Positions 26,969-40,554 of a stretch of 64,000 nucleotides of DNA are shown here, in pieces; position 1 is the first letter of the stretch, and each line of letters begins with the position of its first letter. The stretch comes from Eledone cirrhosa. Lineage: Eukaryota. The DNA lies in assembly GCA_964016885.1 (NCBI GenBank), contig OZ024744.1:133052001-133116000 (forward strand), in the 5' to 3' direction. A program made the translations under genes and the position numbers. The notes under the pieces were generated by a model. The model did no database searches, had not been told where the DNA came from, and was given only the letters and a program-made list of their open reading frames with translations.

Positions 26969-29900
26969 AACCCCAACTTAACTTAACCCCAACTTAACTT
27001 AACCCCAACTTAACTTAACCCCAACTTAACTTAACCCCAACATAACTTAACCCCAACTTAAATTAACCCCAACTTAACTTAAACTCAACTTAACTAACCA
27101 ACTTAACTTAACCCCAACTTAACTTAACCCCAACTTAACTTAACCCCAACTTAACTTAAACCCAACTTAACTTAACCCCAACTTAACTTAACCCCAACTT
27201 AACTTAACCCCGACTTAACTTAACCCCAACTTAAATTAACCCCAACTTAACTTAACCCCAACTTAACTTAACCCCGACTTAACTTAACCCCAACTTAACT
27301 TAACCCCAACTTAACTTAGCCCCAACTTAACTTAGCCCCAACTTAACTTAGCCCCAACTTAACTTAACCCCAACTTAACTTAACCGCACCTTAACTTAAC
27401 CCCAACTTAACTTAACCCCAACTTAACTCAACACCAACTTAACTCAACCCCAACTTAACTCAACCCCAATTTAACTCAACCCCAACTTAACTCAACCCCA
27501 ACTTAACTTAACCCCAACTTAACTGAACCCTAACTTAACTTAACCCCGACTTAAATTAAGCCCAACTTAACTTAACCCCAACTTAACTCAGCCCCAACTT
27601 AACTTAGCCCCAACTTAACTTAACCCCAACTTAACTTAACCCCAACTTAACTTAACCCCAACTTAACTTAACCCCAACTTAACTTAACCCCAACTTAACT
27701 TAAACCCAACTTAACTTAACCCCAACTTAAATTATCCCCAACTTAACTTATCCCCAACTTAACTTAACCCCAACTTGACTTAACCCCAACTTAACTTAAC
27801 CCCAACTTAATTTAACCCCAACTTAAATTAACCCCAACTTAATTCAACCCCAACTTAAATTAACCCCAACTTAACTTAACCCCAACTTAACTTAACCCCG
27901 ACTTAACTTAACCCCAACTCAACTTAACCCCAACTTAACTTAACCCTAACTTAACTTAACCACAAATTAACTTAACCCCAACTTAACTTAACCCCAACTT
28001 AACTTAAGCCCAACTTAACTTAACCCCAACTTAACCCCAACTTAACTTAAACCTAACTTAACTTAACCCCAACTTAACCCCAACTTAACTTGACCCCAAC
28101 TTAACTTAACCCCAACTTAAATTAACCCCAACTTAACTTAACCCCAACTTAACTTAACCCCGACTTAACTTAACCCCAACTTAACTTAACCCCAACTTAC
28201 CTTAACCCCAACTTAACTTAACCAGAAATTAACTTAACCCCAACTTAACTTAACCCCAACTTAACTTAACCCCAACTTAACTTAACCCCAACTTAACTTA
28301 ACCCCAACTTAACTTAAACCTAACTTAACTTAACCCCAACTTAACCCCAACTTAGCTTGACCCCAACTTAACTTAACCCCAACTTAACTCAGCCCCAACT
28401 TAACTCAGCCCCAACTTAACTTAGCCCCAACTTAACTTAACACCAACTTAACTTAACCCCAACTTAACTTAACCCCAACTTAACTTAACCCCAACTTAAC
28501 TTATACCCAACTTAACTGAACCCCAACTTAACTTAACCCCAACTTAATATAACCCCAACTTAACTTAACCCCAACTTAACTCAACCCCAACTTAAATTAA
28601 CCCCAACTTAACTTAACCCCAACTTAATTAACCCCAACTTAACTTAACCCCAACTTAACTTAACCCCAACTTAACTCATACCCAACTTAACTGAACCCCA
28701 ACTTAACATAACCCCAACTTAATATAACCCCAACTTAACTTAACCCCAACTTAACTCAACCCCAACTTAAATTAACCCCAACTTAACTTAACCCCAACTT
28801 AATTAACCCCAACTTAAATAAACCCCAACTTAAATTAACCCCAACTTAACTTAACCCCAACTTAACTTAACCCCAACTTAACTTAACCCCAACTTAACTT
28901 ATCCCCAACTTAACTTAACCCCAACTTAAATTAAACCCAACTTAACTTAACCCCAACTTAACTTAACCCCAACTTAATTTAACCCCAACTTAACTTAACC
29001 TCAACTTAACTTAACCCCAACTTAACTTAACCCCAACTTAACTTAACCCCAACTTAATTTAACCCCAACTTAACTTAACCTCAACTTAACTTAGCCCCAA
29101 CTTAACTTAACCCCAACTTAAATTAACCCCAACTTAGCTTAACCCCAACTTAACTTAACCCCGACTTAACTTAACCCCAACTTAACTTAACCCCAACTTA
29201 ACTTAACCCCAACTTAACTTAACCCCAACTTAACTTAACCCCAACTTAACTTAACCCCAACTTAACTTAACCCCAACTTAACTTAACCCCAACTTAACTT
29301 AAACCTAACTTAACTTAACCCCAACTTAACCCCAACTTAACTTGACCCCAACTTAACTTAACCCCAACTTAACTCAACCCCAACTTAACTTAACCCCAAC
29401 TTAACTCAGCCCCAACTTAACTCAGCCCCAACTTAACTTAGCCCCAACTTAACTTAACACCAACTTAACTTAACCCCAACTTAACTTAACCCCAACTTAA
29501 CTTAACCCCAACTTAACTTATCCCCAACTTAACTGAACCCCAACTTAACTCAACTCCAACTTAAATTAACCCCAACTTAACTTAACCCCAACTTAACTTA
29601 ACCCCAACTTAATTAACCCCAACTTAAATTAACCCCAACTTAAATTAACACCAACTTAACGTAACCCCAACTTAATTTAACCCCAACTTAAATTAACCCC
29701 AACTTACTTGCCCCCAACTTAACTTACCCCCAACTTAACTTAACCCCAACTTAATTTAACCCCAACTTAATTTAACCCCAACTTAACTTAAACCCAACTT
29801 AACTTAACCCCAACTTAACTTAACCCCAAATTAACTCAACCCCAACTTAACTCAACCCCAACTTAACTTAACCCCAACTTAACTTAACCCCAACTTAACT

Positions 29901-30339
29901 TAACCACAAATTAACTTAGCCCCAACTTAAATTAACCCCAACTTAACTCAACCACAACTTAACTTAACCCCGACTTAACTTAACCCCACCTTAACTTAAC
30001 CTCAACTTAACTTAACTGCAACTTAACTTAACCCCAACTTAACTTAACCCCAACTTAACTAAACACCAACTTAACTCAACCCCAACTTAACTCAACGCCA
30101 ATTTAACTCAACCCCAACTTAACTCAACCCCAACTTAACTTAACCCCGACTTAAATTAACCCCGACTTAACTTAACCCCAACTTAACTTAACCCCAACTT
30201 AACTTAACCCCAACTTAACTTAACCCCAACTTAACTTAACCCCAACTTAAATTAACCCCAACTTAACTTAAACTCAACTTAACTAACCAACTTAACTTAA
30301 CCCCAACTTAACTTGACCCCAACTTAACTTAACCCCAAC

Positions 30340-31390
30340 TTAACTTAACCCCAACTTAACCCCAAATTAAATTAACCTCAACTTAACTTAACCCCAACTT
30401 AACTTAGCCCCAACTTAACTTAGCCCCAACTTAACTTAGCCCCAACTTAACTTAACCCCAACTTAACTTAACCGCACCTTAACTTAACCTCAACTTAACT
30501 TAACTGCAACTTAACTTAACCCCAACGTAACTTAACCCCAACTTAACTCAAAACCAACTTAACTCAACCCCAACTTAACTCAACCCCAATTTAACTCAAC
30601 CCCAACTTAACTCAACCCCAACTTAACTTAACCCCAACTTAACTGAACCCTAACTTAACTTAACCCCGACTTAACTTAACCCCGACTTAACTTAACCCCA
30701 ACTTAACTTAACCCCAACTTAACTTAACCCCAACTTAATTTAACCCCATCTTAACCCCAACTTATCTTAACCCCAACTTAACTGAACCCCAACTTAATTT
30801 AACCCCAACTTAAATAAACCCCAACTTAACTTAACCCCAACTTAACTTAACCCCAACTTAACTTAACCCCAACTTAACCCCAAATTAAATTAACCTCAAC
30901 TTAACTTAACCCCAACTTAACTTAGCCCCAACTTAACTTAGCCCCAACTTAACTTAGCCCCAACTTAACTTAACCCCAACTTAACTTAACCGCACCTTAA
31001 CTTAACCTCAACTTAACTTAACTGCAACTTAACTTAACCCCAACTTAACTTAACCCCAACTTAACTCAAAACCAACTTAACTCAACCCCAACTTAACTCA
31101 ACCCCAATTTAACTCAACCCCAACTTAACTCAACCCCAACTTAACTTAACCCCAACTTAACTGAACCCTAACTTAACTTAACCCCGACTTAACTTAACCC
31201 CGACTTAACTTAACCCCAACTTAACTTAACCCCAACTTAACTTAACCCCAACTTAATTTAACCCCATCTTAACCCCAACTTATCTTAACCCCAACTTAAC
31301 TGAACCCCAACTTAATTTAACCCCAACTTAAATAAACCCCAACTTAACTTAACCCCAACTTAACTTAACCCCAACTTAACTTAACCCCAA
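30340..31390 (+). repeat. Tandem duplication, 518-bp unit x2
   Basis: caaattaaattaacctc at 30363/30881 and the G of ccgcacc at 30474/30992. Confidence 0.82.
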
Positions 31391-31929
31391 CTTAACTCAG
31401 CCCCAACTTAACTTAGCCCCAACTTAACTTAACCCCAACTTAACTTAACCCCAACTTAACTTAACCCCAACTTAACTTAACCCCAACTTAACTTAAACCC
31501 AACTTAACTTAACCCCAACTTAAATTATCCCCAACTTAACTTATCCCCAACTTAACTTAACCCCAACTTAACTTAACCCCAACTTAACTTAACCCCAATT
31601 AATTTAACCCCAACTTAACTTAACCTCAACTTAACTTAACCCCAACTTAACTTAACCCCATCTTAACTTAACCCCAACTTAACTTAACCCCAACTTAACT
31701 TAACCCCAACTTAAATTAACCCCAACTTAACTTAACCCCAACTTAATTTAACCCCGACTTAACTTAACCCCAACTTAACTTAACCCCAACTTAACTTAAC
31801 CCCAACTTAACTTAACCACAAATTAACTTAACCCCAACTTAACTTAACCCCAACTTAACTTAACCCCAACTTAACTTAACCCCAACTTAACTTAACCCCA
31901 ACTTAACTTAAACCTAACTTAAATTAACC

Positions 31930-34900
31930 CCAACTTAACCCCAACTTAACTTGACCCCAACTTAACTTAACCCCAACTTAACTCAACCCCAACTTAACTT
32001 AACCCCAACTTAACTCAGCCCCAACTTAACTCAGCCCCAACTTAACTTAGCCCCAACTTAACTTAACACCAACTTAACTTAACCCCAACTTAACTTAACC
32101 CCAACTTAACTTAACCCCAACTTAACTTATCCCCAACTTAACTGAACTCCAACTTAACTCAACCCCAACTTAAATTAACCCCAACTTAACTTAACCCCAA
32201 CTTAACTTAACCCCAACTTAATTAACCCCAACTTAAATTAACCCCAACTTAACTTAACACCAACTTAACGTAACCCCAACTTAATTTAACCCCAACTTAA
32301 ATTAACCCCAACTTAACTTGCCCCCAACTTAACTTACCCCCAACTTAACTTAACCCCACCTTAATTTAACCCCAACTTAATTTAACCCCAACTTAACTTA
32401 AACCCAACTTAACTTAACCCCAACTTAACTTAACCCCAAATTAACTCAACCCCAACTTAACTCAACCCCAACTTAACTTAACCCCAACTTAACTTAACCC
32501 CAACTTAACTTAACCACAAATTAACTTAGCCCCAACTTAAATTAACCCCAACTTAACTCAACCACAACTTAACTTAACCCCGACTTAACTTAACCCCACC
32601 TTAACTTAACCTCAACTTAACTTAACTGCAACTTAACTTAACCCCAACTTAACTTAACCCCAACTTAACACAACACCAACTTAACTCAACCGCAACTTAA
32701 CTCAACGCCAATTTAACTCAACCCCAACTTAACTCAACCCCAACTTAACTTAACCCCAACTTAACTGAACCCTAACTTAACTTAACCCCGACTTAAATTA
32801 ACCCCGACTTAACTTAACCCCAACTTAACTTAACCCCAACTTAACTTAACCCCAACTTAACTTAACCCCAACTTAACTTAACCCCAACTTAAATTAACCC
32901 CAACTTAACTTAAACTCAACTTAACTAACCAACTTAACTTAACCCCAACTTAACTTGACCCCAACTTAAATTAACCCCAACTTAACTTAAACCCAACTTA
33001 ACTTAACCCCAACTTAACTTAGCCCCAACTTAACTTAACCCCAACTTAACTTAACCCCAAATTAAATTAACCTCAACTTAACTTAACCCCAACTTAACTT
33101 AACCCCGACTTAACTTAACCCCAACTTAACTTAGCCCCAACTTAACTTAGCCCCAACTTAACTTAGCCCCAACTTAACTTAACCCCAACTTAACTTAACC
33201 GCACCTTAACTTAACCTCAACTTAACTTAACTGCAACTTAACTTAACCCCAACTTAACTTAACCCCAACTTAACTCAAAACCAACTTAACTCAACCCCAA
33301 CTTAACTCAACCCCAATTTAACTCAACCCCAACTTAACTCAACCCCAACTTAACTTAACCCCAACTTAACTGAACCCTAACTTAACTTAACCCCGACTTA
33401 ACTTAACCCCGACTTAACTTAACCCCAACTTAACTTAACCCCAACTTAACTTAACCCCAACTTAACTTAACCCCAACTTAATTTAACCCCATCTTAACCC
33501 CAACTTATCTTAACCCCAACTTAACTGAACCCCAACTTAATTTAACCCCAACTTAAATAAACCCCAACTTAACTTAACCCCAACTTAACTTAACCCCAGC
33601 TTAACTTAACCCCAACTTAACTCAGCCCCAACTTAACTTAGCCCCAACTTAACTTAACCCCATCTTAACTTAACCCCAACTTAACTTAACCCCAACTTAA
33701 CTTAACCCCAACTTAACTTAACCCCAACTTAACTTAAACCCAACTTAACTTAACCCCAACTTAAATTATCCCCAACTTAACTTATCCTCAACTTAACTTA
33801 ACCCCAACTTAACTTAACCCCAACTTAACTTAACCCCAACTTAATTTAACCCCAACTTAACTTAACCTCAACTTAACTTAACCCCAACTTAACTTAACCC
33901 CATCTTAACTTAACCCCAACTTAACTTAACCCCAACTTAACTTAACCCCAACTTAAATTAACCCCAACTTAACTTAACCCCAACTTAACTTAACCCCGAC
34001 TTAACTTAACCCCAACTTAACTTAACCCCAACTTAACTTAACCCCAACTTAACTTAACCACAAATTAACTTAACCCCAACTTAACTTAACCCCAACTTAA
34101 CTTAACCCCAACTTAACTTAACCCCAACTTAACTTAACCCCAACTTAACTTAACCCTAACTTAACTTAACCCCAACTTAACCCCGACTTAACTTGACCCC
34201 AACTTAACTTAACCCCAACTTAACTCAACCCCAACTTAACTTAACCCCAACTTAACTCAGCCCCAACTTAACTCAGCCCCAACTTAACTTAGCCACAACT
34301 TAACTTAACACCAACTTAACTTAACCCCAACTTAACTTAACCCCAACTTAACTCAATCCCAACTTAAATTAACCCCATCTTAACTTAACCCCAACTTAAC
34401 TTAACCCCAACTTAATTAACCCCAACTTAAATTAACCCCAACTTAACTTAACACCAACTTAACGTAACCCCAACTTAAATAAACCCCAACTTAAATTAAC
34501 CCCAACTTAACTTAACCCCAACTTAACTTAACCCCAACTTAACTCAGCCCCAACTTAACTTAGCCTCAACTTAACTTAACCCCAACTTAACTTAACCCCA
34601 ACTTAACTTATCCCCAACTTAACTTAACCCCAACTTAACTTAAACCCAACTTAACTTAACCCCAACTTAAATTATCCCCAACTTAACTTATCCCCAACTT
34701 AACTTAACCCCAACTTAACTTAACCCCAACTTAACTTAACCCCAACTTAATTTAACCCCAACTTAACTTAACCCCAACTTAACTTAACCACAAATTAACT
34801 TAACCCCAACTTAACTTAACCCCAACTTAACTTAACCCCAACTTAACTTAACCCCAACTTAACTTAACCCCAACTTAACTTAAACCTAACTTAACTTAAC

Positions 34901-37900
34901 CCCAACTTAACCCCAACTTAACTTGACCCCAACTTAACTTAACCCCAACTTAACTCAACCCCAACTTAACTTAACCCCAACTTAACTCAGCCCCAACTTA
35001 ACTCAGCCCCAACTTAACTTAGCCCCAACTTAACTTAACACCAACTTAACTTAACCCCAACTTAACTTAACCCCAACTTAACTTAACCCCAACTTAACTT
35101 ATCCCCAACTTAACTGATCTCCAACTTAACTCAACCCCAACTTAAATTAACCCCAACTTAACTTAACCCCAACTTAACTTAACCCCAACTTAATTAACCC
35201 CAACTTAAATTAACCCCAACTTAACTTAACACCAACTTAACGTAACCCCAACTTAATTTAACCCCAACTTAAATTAACCCCAACTTAACTTGCCCCCAAC
35301 TTAACTTACCCCCAACTTAACTTAACCCCACCTTAATTTAACCCCAACTTAATTTAACCCCAACTTAACTTAAACCCAACTTAACTTAACCCCAACTTAA
35401 CTTAACCCCAAATTAACTCAACCCCAACTTAACTCAACCCCAACTTAACTTAACCCCAACTTAACTTAACCCCAACTTAACTTAACCACAAATTAACTTA
35501 GCCCCAACTTAAATTAACCCCAACTTAACTCAACCACAACTTAACTTAACCCCGACTTAACTTAACCCCACCTTAACTTAACCTCAACTTAACTTAACTG
35601 CAACTTAACTTAACCCCAACTTAACTTAACCCCAACTTAACTCAACACCAACTTAACTCAACCGCAACTTAACTCAACGCCAATTTAACTCAACCCCAAC
35701 TTAACTCAACCCCAACTTAACTTAACCCCAACTTAACTGAACCCTAACTTAACTTAACCCCGACTTAAATTAACCCCGACTTAACTTAACCCCAACTTAA
35801 CTTAACCCCAACTTAACTTAACCCCAACTTAACTTAACCCCAACTTAAATTAACCCCAACTTAACTTAAACTCAACTTAACTAACCAACTTAACTTAACC
35901 CCAACTTAACTTGACCCCAACTTAACTTAACCCCAACTTAACTTAAACCCAACTTAACTTAACCCCAACTTAACTTAGCCCCAACTTAACTTAACCCCAA
36001 CTTAACTTAACCCCAAATTAAATTAACCTCAACTTAACTTAACCCCAACTTAACTTAACCCCGACTTAACTTAACCCCAACTTAACTTAGCCCCAACTTA
36101 ACTTAGCCCCAACTTAACTTAGCCCCAACTTAAATTAACCCCAACTTAACTTAACCGCACCTTAACTTAACCTCAACTTAACTTAACTGCAACTTAACTT
36201 AACCCCAACTTAACTTAACCCCAACTTAACTCAAAACCAACTTAACTCAACCCCAACTTAACTCAACCCCAATTTAACTCAACCCCAACTTAACTCAACC
36301 CCAACTTAACTTAACCCCAACTTAACTGAACCCTAACTTAACTTAACCCCGACTTAACTTAACCCCGACTTAACTTAACCCCAACTTAACTTAACCCCAA
36401 CTTAACTTAACCCCAACTTAACTTAACCCCAACTTAATTTAACCCCATCTTAACCCCAACTTATCTTAACCCCAACTTAACTGAACCCCAACTTAATTTA
36501 ACCCCAACTTAAATAAACCCCAACTTAACTTAACCCCAACTTAACTTAACCCCAGCTTAACTTAACCCCAACTTAACTCAGCCCCAACTTAACTTAGCCC
36601 CAACTTAACTTAACCCCAACTTAACTTAACCCCAACTTAACTTAACCCCAACTTAACTTAACCCCAACTTAACTTAACCCCAACTTAACTTAAACCCAAC
36701 TTAACTTAACCCCAACTTAAATTATCCCCAACTTAACTTATCCTCAACTTAACTTAACCCCAACTTAACTTAACCCCAACTTAACTTAACCCCAACTTAA
36801 TTTAACCCCAACTTAAATTAACCTCAACTTAACTTAACCCCAACTTAACTTAACCCCATCTTAACTTAACCCCAACTTAACTTAACCCCAACTTAACTTA
36901 ACCCCAACTTAACTTAACCCCAACTTAACTTAACCCCGACTTAACTTAACCCCAACTTAACTTAACCCCAACTTAACTTAACCCCAACTTAACTTAACCA
37001 CAAATTAACTTAACCCCAACTTAACTTAACCCCAACTTAACTTAACCCTAACTTAACTTAACCCCAACTTAACCCCGACTTAACTTGACCCCAACTTAAC
37101 TTAACCCCAACTTAACTCAACCCCAACTTAACTTAACCCCAACTTAACTCAGCCCCAACTTAACTCAGCCCCAACTTAACTTAGCCACAACTTAACTTAA
37201 CACCAACTTAACTTAACCCCAACTTAACTTAACCCCAACTTAACTCAATCCCAACTTAAATTAACCCCATCTTAACTTAACCCCAACTTAACTTAACCCC
37301 AACTTAATTAACCCCAACTTAAATTAACCCCAACTTAACTTAACACCAACTTAACGTAACCCCAACTTAAATAAACCCCAACTTAAATTAACCCCAACTT
37401 AACTTAACCCCAACTTAACTTAACCCCAACTTAACTCAGCCCCAACTTAACTTAGCCTCAACTTAACTTAACCCCAACTTAACTTAACCCCAATTTAACT
37501 TATCCCCAACTTAACTTAACCCCAACTTAACTTAAACCCAACTTAACTTAACCCCAACTTAAATTATCCCCAACTTAACTTATCCCCAACTTAACTTAAC
37601 CCCAACTTAACTTAACCCCAACTTAACTTAACCCCAACTTAATTTAACCCCAACTTAACTTAACCCCAACTTAACTTAACCACAAATTAACTTAACCCCA
37701 ACTTAACTTAACCCCAACTTAACTTAACCCCAACTTAACTTAACCCCAACTTAACTTAACCCCAACTTAACTTAAACCTAACTTAACTTAACCCCAACTT
37801 AACCCCAACTTAACTTGACCCCAACTTAACTTAACCCCAACTTAACTCAACCCCAACTTAACTTAACCCCAACTTAACTCAGCCCCAACTTAACTCAGCC

Positions 37901-37920
37901 CCAACTTAACTTAGCCCCAA
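31930..37920 (+). repeat. Tandem duplication, ~2.96-kb unit x2 with whole-monomer indels
   Basis: actgaactcc/actgatctcc at 32144/35116 (offset 2972); ccccagctt at 33599/36555 (offset 2956). Confidence 0.7.
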
Positions 37921-40381
37921 CTTAACTTAACCCCAACTTAACCTATCCCCAACTTAACTGAACCCCAACTTAACTTAACCCCAACTTAATATAACCCCAA
38001 CTTAACTTAACCCCAACTTAACTCAACCCCAACTTAAATTAACCCCAACTTAACTTAACCCCAACTTAACTTAACCCCAACTTAATTAACCCCAACTTAA
38101 ATTAACCCCAACTTAACTTAACACCAACTTAACGTAACCCCAACTTAATTTAACCCCAACTTAAATTAACCCCAACTTAACTTGCCCCCAACTTAACTTA
38201 CCCCCAACTTAACTTAACCCCAACTTAATTTAACCCCAACTTAATTTAAGCCCAAATTAACTTAAACCCAACTTAAATTAACCCCAACTTAACTTAACCC
38301 CAAATTAACTCAACCCCAACTTAACTCAACCCCAACTTAACTTAACCCCAAATTAACTTAACCACAAATTAACTTAGCCCCAACTTAAATTAACCCCAAC
38401 TTAACTCAACCACAACTTAACTTAACCCCGACTTAACTTAACCCCACCTTAACTTAACCTCAACTTAACTTAACTGCAACTTAACTTAACCCCAACTTAA
38501 CTTAACCCCAACTTAACTCAACACCAACTTAACTCAACCCCAACTTAACTCAACCCCAATTTAACTCAACCCCAACTTAACTCAACCCCAACTTAATTTA
38601 ACCCCAACTTAACTGAACCCTAACTTAACTTAACCCCGACTTAACTTAACCCCGACTTAACTTAACCCCAACTTAACTTAACCCCAACTTAACTTAACCC
38701 CAACTTAACTTAACCCCAACTTAATTTAACCCCATCTTAACCCCAACTTAACTTAACCCCAACTTAACTGAACCCCAACTTAACTTAACCCCAACTTATA
38801 TAAACCCCAACTTAACTTAACCCCAACTTAACTTAACCCCAACTTAACTTAACCCCAACTTAACTCAGCCCCAACTTAACTTAGCCCCAACTTAACTTAA
38901 CCCCAACTTAACTTAACCCCAACTTAATTTAACCCCAACTTAACTTAACCCCAACTTAACTTAAACCCAACTTAACTTAACCCCAACTTAAATTATCCCC
39001 AACTTAACTTATCCCCAACTTAACTTAACCCCAACTTAACTTAACCCCAACTTAACTTAACCCCAACTTAATTTAACCCCAACTTAACTTAACCTCAACT
39101 TAACTTAACCCCAACTTAACTTAACCCCATCTTAACTTAACCCCAACTTAACTTAACCCCAACTTAACTTAACCCCAACTTAAATTAACCCCAACTTAAC
39201 TTAACCCCAACTTAACTTAACCCGACTTAACTTAACCCCAACTTAACTTAACCCCAACTTAACTTAACCCCAACTTAACTTAACCACAAATTAACTTAAC
39301 CCCAACTTAACTTAACCCCAACTTAACTTAACCCCAACGTAACCCCAACTTAACTTGACCCCAACTTAACTTAACCCCAACTTAACTCAACCCCAACTTA
39401 ACTTAACCCCAACTTAACTCAGCCCCAACTTAACTCAGCCCCAACTTAACTTAGCCCCAACTTAACTCAACACCAACTTAACTTAACCCCACCTTAACTT
39501 AACCCCAACTTAACTTAACCCCAACTTAACTTATCCCCAACTTAACTGAACCCTAACTTAACTTAACCCCAACTTAATATAACCCCAAATTAACTTAACC
39601 CCAACTTAACTCAACCCCAACTTAAATTAACCCCAACTTAACTTAACCCCAACTTAACTTAACCCCAACTTAATTAACCCCAACTTAAATTAACCCCAAA
39701 TTAACTTAACACCAACTTAACGTAACCCCAACTTAATTTAACCCCAACTTAAATTAACCCCAACTTAACTTGCCCCCAAATTAACTTACCCCCAACTTAA
39801 CTTAACCCCAACTTAATTTAACCCCAACTTAACTTAAACCCAACTTAACTTAACCCCAACTTAACTTAACCCCAAATTAACTCAACCCCAACTTAACTCA
39901 ACCCCAACTTAACTTAACCCCAACTTAACTTAACCCCAACTTAACTTAACCACAAATTAACTTAGCCCCAACTTAAATTAACCCCAACTTAAATCAACCA
40001 CAACTTAACTTAACCCCGACTAAACTTAACCCCAACTTAACTTAACCCCAACTTCACTCAACCCCAACTTAACTCAACCCCAACTTAACCCCAACTTAAC
40101 TTAACCCCAACTTAACTTAACCACAAAGTTAACTTAACCCCAATTTAAATTAACCCCAACTTAACTTAACCCCAACTTAACATAACCACCACTTAATTAA
40201 CCCCAACTTAACTCAACCCCAACTTAACTTAACCCTAACTTAACTTAACCCCAACTTAACCGCAACTTAACTTAACCCCACCTTAACTTACCCCCAACTT
40301 AACTTACCCCCAACTTAACTGAACCCCAACTTAAGTTAAGCCTAACTTAACTTAACGCCAACTTAACTTAACCCCGACTTA

Positions 40382-40554
40382 GGGCTTAAGTTAAGTTGGG
40401 GCTAAGTTAAGTTGGGGTTAAGTCAAGTTGGAAGTTGGGGTTGAGTGAAGTTGGGGTTAAGTTAAGTTGGGGTTGAGTGAAGTTGGGGTTAAGTTAAGTT
40501 GGGGTTGAGTTACGTTGGGGTTGAGTGAAGTTGGGGTTAAGTTAAGTTGGGGTT
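40382..40554 (-). repeat. Inverted satellite island, copy 5 (173 bp)
   Basis: Same junctions and variants as copy 1. Confidence 0.97.

Larger units (their letters stand above)
21253..27730 (+). repeat. Long-range copy of 1-~7800 (without the 1317-bp duplication)
   Basis: aactgaactgc at 137/21389 and cttatataaa at 3401/24653 give offset 21252. After the 1317-bp duplication the offset is 19935 (4718/24653; islands 6861/26796). Confidence 0.85.
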